From positions 62,001 through 87,270 of the forward strand of contig KZ538376.1 in the NCBI GenBank assembly GCA_000934665.2: a stretch of DNA of 25,270 nt. The letters run 5' to 3'. Under the pieces are notes generated by a model. It was not told the origin of the DNA. It was given only the letters and a program-made list of their open reading frames with translations, and ran no database searches. Origin of the DNA: Catajapyx aquilonaris (taxonomy: Eukaryota). A program made the translations under genes and the position numbers. Shown piece after piece: positions 19,701 through 25,270 of the stretch; the first letter of the stretch is position 1; each line of letters starts with the position of its first letter.

Positions 19701-22219
19701 CACTATTATGAAATTATGAAGTGTTAACATTACGCAGACTGCATATGCTTTTTAAAAACACGTCGTTTAAAGTCTTCTAAGTTTTTTAAATTAGTTTAAA
19801 ACTATTTACACTATATTATTCCCTAGCATGAGAATCAAGAATAAAGAGGGCTGAGTGCTAAGCACTCTTTAAACATCTACACTGATTAAATTCTTGCCAC
19901 GAACAGCTCAGTCATCTGAATGAATATTCAGCATTAGAAAGGCGCATTTCATCAGGAACGGAGATACGGTACTACATGAGGGTCGTGTAGTATAGGGCTC
20001 TAAGGGCAGCATATTTGGTTCTAACTGGATTGCAACTTCTTAACATAATTATTATACTGTGCCTCGCCGGGTCGAAATAGATTTTCGAAATATTACATTT
20101 GGGCACCCGTTTGTACAGTCATACTTTTAAAAAATGTGCTTTTAAAATTTTGATGTCAGAGAATGTATAGAAATATTCTGTCAGATGTGACGTGCAATTT
20201 CCTTTTCCTGCTTATTTTCCTAGCTATAACTTATAAGATGTTTATGTTTGTGCGTATTTTCCTTCTCAAAAACAATTATTGAAAATTTATTCTCTTATGA
20301 AGACTAAAAATGTGTCTTATAATATTTGTATCCTGCTTAAAACTACTCCCATTGTACCCTTCAGTATCTTTAGCACGTATTGGCCTATGCAATTTGCAGC
20401 TTGAAAGAGAGGATCCCAGAATGATATACCCGGATGGTGACACTCAAAATGATGCACAACTGGCACCATTGAAAATATAAGATATATCCTTTTTTTAAGC
20501 AGTATAATTACTTCCGCACAAGTCCTATGTTACTTCATAGTATAGGTGCCTCGTGCCGGAAATGCCATCGTTGTTGAAGCATGCACTAAAGCACGCGTTG
20601 TTAGTGAATACTTGATGAATTGGGCTAAATCTGTTCTGAAAGCGTGGAAATGACCCATACACTCCATGTGAATGGCTTATTTCCGAGCTATCCCCAAACA
20701 AAGCATTCACAGTGAGTGCTGATTCAGAACAAAATCTGGTTGCAGCTCATTAATCAGCCTCAAAGTGATGAATACGTGCGATTTCTATCAGTGACGGGCA
20801 ATAGGAGATTATGCTTAATTGGGACCGGGATTGAAGACACGTATGGCATGAATGCAGATCCAATCAAGGAGCTTGACAACGCAATTACCCTCCAAATCCT
20901 AACAAAAATGGGCGGCCTTATTAAATTGAACACCAGCAACTCGACAGCACCCGATTATTGTCTCAGGAAAACGAGTCCCCGCCATGTTGTCACAATGGGG
21001 CACACTTTGGATGGGAGAAAACTAATTATCGGGGCGTCCCGATAGAAGGTTCTTAGCTCGCGAAAGGTATTCGAGTTGCAGTAGGCGGGATTTTCACCCA
21101 ACAAAGTGGCACTTCCGGGCTTTGATAATTGCTGGTTCATTGCCCATTCTGGGGATTGCCAGAAAATAAACTGCGTCCTCAACAACACTCCGATTCGCAT
21201 CGCCTGTTACGGTTGCAAGGCACTTAGTCCCCAAAGCGAGTGGTTTTCTTAACCCTTCTGAGACCGATTCGTTGCCTTGATATAGACCGGCTTAGAGTGA
21301 ACATAGCTGCTAACTTTGTCTTCGGGTTCTGTAATTGTTTTGGTATGCACTTGGGAGATCACCACCTCACAGTCCTATTGTCAAATGTGCTCTCAGCCAC
21401 AGCATCTGTATTAAATTATTTTATATCCAACAATAACAATCCCAATAATTGCAGAAACCTTTCAAATCATAGGAAAAGTTAGGGGTGGAAATGCCACGAG
21501 AGCTCTGAAATTATTGTTAATGTGGTATTAAAACCTTCTTAAAAGCACTTTCCGAAAAGCTGAAATGAGATAATAACACGTTTTCAGCTGTTAGGCGATG
21601 AGTAGGTGCACTTTGGACATATCGCAACGGTCCCTCCAGAAAACATATAAAAGAATCATTTAATTTCGCAAAGATGAACAATAAATAGCGGAGGTTCATT
21701 ATGTATTTATCTGCTATGCAGAAGTGAAACTCGCATAGATAGTTCCTATCGAGCAAAATATCATCGTAGGGGACGTACTTTTGAAAAGTAATTGGCTTTT
21801 ATGCAAGCCGATGCAAGCAGTAAGAGGTTCGTAATTTATCAGATTTTCACCCACAATTCCACTTCACGGGAGCAAAACCCATATATTCCAGCTTATGACT
21901 TCGTAGTCAAATTCACTCCTGGTTAGCGATTCGCAAAAGTATGAAATCGCGTAGTTTGGTAGACCATGCATACTAAAATTGGGCAGTCCTGGCAAGTGAG
22001 TGCGACTGCCCCGATTCTATACCAGTAGAAAGCGATTAAGCAGAGCGTTACCGAGGCCTCCTCCCACATAAAACACAACAAGTACATCTGGCATGAATGG
22101 ACGATTCCATCACCCCCGCTCCTGCCCATTCCTCCCTGCCTCCCTCACACAGGGTTCCGTCCGTCCAAGCTAACCTAAAGGACACCGCAGCCGTTCCGGA
22201 AATGGAGCCGTCCGGACCC

Positions 22220-22355
22220 CGGATCCTAATAGTCCCTGCTGAGACTCACTCGTAATTCGGCCCATCTTCTCTGCCAGGATATATCCCGCCCACTACAACT
22301 TCCAACTGGTCAACATTACTTTACCACTTCCTATTTCTTAAATGGTTTCTAACCA
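22220..22355 (-). pseudogene. possible degraded RTE-clade LINE ORF C-terminal fragment
   Basis: With frameshifts, the minus strand reads VRNHLRNR...KL*WAGYI..REDG.RIT, resembling the RTE motif VRNxxIRxR...KLRWAGHxxRxxDxR. Confidence 0.38.
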
Positions 22356-22558
22356 AGAAAGTTAGCTCCATAACTATAGGTGGCGTCTAGGTGGTAGACG
22401 CGTAGACGCCTTTGGTATTGGTTATTACTGAGTAGCACTGGTCACAAAACTGTTACATGATCAAGATCCGGTTTTAGGATGTCCAGCTTAGAGGTCACTG
22501 TGGAAGCTATGGCATCCATAAGTAATGACTGTGAACAGTTAATTGATTTTAAATTACA

Positions 22559-22886
22559 CAGGGTGTTTAAACTTTTTTGTCCGAAGTTATCGGAAAATTG
22601 CACGTAGCTGCTACTTTGTAAGCAGTGACTTGCAAACGGTGATTTTTCGGGGGTACGGGGAATATTCCATGCGAATCGAAGGTTAAAGTGGCATATACGT
22701 GCTGCCGGCTGAAAATTGAGGGTCAAGCCTGGAAAAAAGAGGGCCACACATGCCATGGGATGTGACCCTCTTTTTCCCCATTCCCCATTCCTCCTACAAA
22801 TCACCGGTTGCAAGTCACTGCTTACAAAGTAGCAGCTACGTGCAATTTTCCGATAACTGTTCGGACTAAAAAGTTGAAACACCTTA
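22559..22886. mobile_element. Tc1/mariner-type MITE with ~87-bp TIRs
   Basis: CAGGGTGTTTAAACTTTTT.GTCCGAA..GTTATCGGAAAATTGCACGTAGCTGCTACTTTGTAAGCAGTGACTTGCAA at 22559-22645 is mirrored at 22798-22886. Flanks are CA and TA (a degenerate TA TSD). Confidence 0.88.
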
Positions 22887-24728
22887 TATTACTGGGCGAA
22901 CTAGAAAGAGAGAAATAAAGTGTCCAAAGAACAGGTTTTGAAACCGTACATTCAGTCACTTTCATGATCATATGACACACTGGCAGTATAACTTTTAGCG
23001 TGAACCTCGCTTTTTGTTAGATTTCATTGTTATCCGAACTGCGGCACCAGTTTTTTTCAACATTCTTTGAGCAATGTTACAAAACTCTTCTAGTTCCAAC
23101 ATCCTGTCACAAAATATTTACTCTATGTCGCCTTAAAATAACTCCTTTTACGACCACGTTTGTATCGACTTTCACAACCTCGTCGCTTAGACCGCTTTTT
23201 GCGCCTCGTTTTTTGTGGACTCACAAAAAGAATAGTAAGCCCAGTTTGTGCTGCATCGCGGACGAAAGAATCTCACGAAAACTGCACAGATAAGAGTTGC
23301 GTATAGTTCGTATCTTCTGCTCTCCACCACCACTAACACAAAAAAGACACGAGGCCTTGTTCGAAAGAGGGCTGCAGAATTGCATACCCTTCGCGAAGGG
23401 TTGTGGAGATATAGGCGAGATTTTGATCCGTCGTCGCATCGTAATTGTCCAGCAGGGAGGACGTGAAAATCGCCTTGGTTCCCGGATCCAACTGGCAAAT
23501 AATCCGGGGCGCTGTTAGGTCAGACAAGCATATAGAAAATATTGGGGGAGGAAGTAGGGGACATGCTCGAAGTTGGGGATCCGGACTGTTCGTTGCAGGC
23601 CGTTGCGTTTTCCACGCCAGGGAGCAGCGACAGGAAGGTCGCCTACGAGATGCTTACGTATTTCTTCTCAGAATGTGCGTATTCGACAAACGGACTTCTT
23701 TCCCCCACCCTCACCCCCCCTATTATCCAGGGCATTTACACACACAAAAAAACTGATTTAAATGCTGACGTTGATCAGTGGAACTACCTTCCTGTTGCCG
23801 CTAGAACAAGCACAAGACTGATTGTTAGCAACAAGATGTCAACTTCTCCCTCGTTTGGTTGGTAGACTTTCAGTCGGAAAATGCGTCTCTGGCAGTATTA
23901 CGTTGCACTGGAGAAGGAATACTGTCGTTCCTGGCCTATAACAGTGTATATCAGCATGCAATAGGCCACCCTGAGGGGAGAGGATTTCTTCACCTAGGAG
24001 GTGCCTCAAGTTAAGAACAAAGATCTTGCGTCCGTGAGTGAATGAGCTGGTATACAAAATTGTAAATAATTTTCATTCGCTCGATCATTAAATAACGGTT
24101 TTAACCGAACACACTCCTGAACATTAGGGAAAATGACATGGGTTAATTTTTATGTGCAATCGGCTCACTTCCACGACTCTCAAAATCCATAGGTACTGCT
24201 GACGTGAATTCACAATTGAGACCAGCAGGAGACATTTGGAAGCTGCTATTTGACATGGCGATGTCGGATGAAAACTACTTCATTAAAACTAATATACGGT
24301 ATCCCAGCTTCGTTTATACCTCCCAGCCAACCTTTTTCCATCATGCAGGCATCCCAGTAACCAATCTGTAATTCGAATTGCAATATTGATATTGCAATAT
24401 TTTTGTACTTCGTACCTTCCGAAATACCCGCATGACTGCTGTATACTGTCTTATGCTCGTAACAGGCCTTTCACGGAATATATAATGTTTTTTTTTTTAA
24501 TTTCCCTTCAACCTTTTGCATGTAAGTATGTTCATTTAGAAGTCATGATAAACGCTTCTAATAATGTTACAGAATTCCAAAGTTTCCGAACTCTACAGCA
24601 CAGGTATATCAGTGTAGATTGCGAAAAGTGTCGTTACCAACTTGAATAACAAACGTACTCTTTACGGTACCTATTATGTAGCTCTGGCCATGGCTTGCTA
24701 TACAGATGCGTGATTATAATGACTTAAT

Positions 24729-25009
24729 ACCGAAGCAGTTTGGCATAGTGGATAAGGCGTCCGACTGCTAATCGGGAGGTCGTGGGTTCGAATCCCGGGG
24801 CCGGCAACTCTGACCGTGGTTTCTGTGGTTTCCCACGGTCCTTCCAGGAAAATTCCGGAGTTGCTTCCGTAATTAATAGGCCACAGCCGCTTCCTCCCGT
24901 CCCTATCCTATCCCAAAAAGCGCAGTAAAATGAAAGCAAAGAGTTCCAGGCAAAACAAAAACTTCCCCCTAAGGAGCCGATAGGCTGATAACGGGGTATG
25001 AATTATTAT
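24729..25009 (+). mobile_element. tRNA-derived SINE, family B, copy 2 (intact Pol III boxes)
   Basis: A box TGGCATAGTGG, anticodon arm TCCGA-CTGCTAA-TCGGG, B box GGTTCGAATCC. Perfect 16-bp TSD ATTATAATGACTTAAT at 24713-24728 and 25010-25025. Confidence 0.95.
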
Positions 25010-25270
25010 ATTATAATGACTTAATGATAGCTTACTGCATCAAAATAAAAATGGGGCGATCATATTCCAGCGTAATATGTCAAAATGATGATTTCTGATT
25101 GTAGGTCATAAAACGACACTAAATTTTTACTATACCCAAAAGTTGAATATTAATTATTTATACAGTGTCTATCAGAATTAAACTGATACATTTTGCCATA
25201 ACCTGCTTATCCTCTTCGCCATAATTCCACGCACATCTCGCGCTTCCCATATTATATGATTAGAGCCCTA

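Noticed and set aside
22236..22255. hammerhead-like CTGCTGA-GACTCACTC-GTAA
   Set aside because: Two core positions are wrong and stems I and III cannot be formed.
24732..24805. functional tRNA-Ser gene
   Set aside because: It has no acceptor stem or long variable arm, and it is continuous with a SINE body, tail and TSD.
1..25270. ORFs in the supplied track as genes
   Set aside because: All are 146 aa or shorter and none resembles a family I recognise. The longest (5233-5613, 22442-22882) overlap MITE arms.

Overview
Animal (probably invertebrate) non-coding genomic DNA, roughly 40% GC by eye. I recognise no intact protein-coding gene, operon, rRNA or CRISPR array, and the listed ORFs look like chance products or translations of repeats. 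The window is dominated by mobile-element remains. There are three tRNA-derived SINE copies from two families (a V-domain SINE and two copies of a second family) that share one 3' tail stem-loop. There are several long-TIR MITE/foldback DNA transposons (P/Galileo-like, Harbinger-like, Tc1/mariner-like), a probable 5' LTR with a degenerate tRNA-Trp primer site, a small RTE-like remnant and two poly-G-flanked assembly gaps. The three most interesting items are: (1) a ~290 bp retroposon-like element (1958-2246) whose 5' end can be folded into an HDV-like ribozyme and whose 3' end is a (CCAA)n tail; (2) a 1.4 kb foldback element built by mirroring one MITE-plus-flank junction; (3) a mariner derivative made of two transposase 3' ends head-to-head. 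All family assignments are by eye, with no database search.
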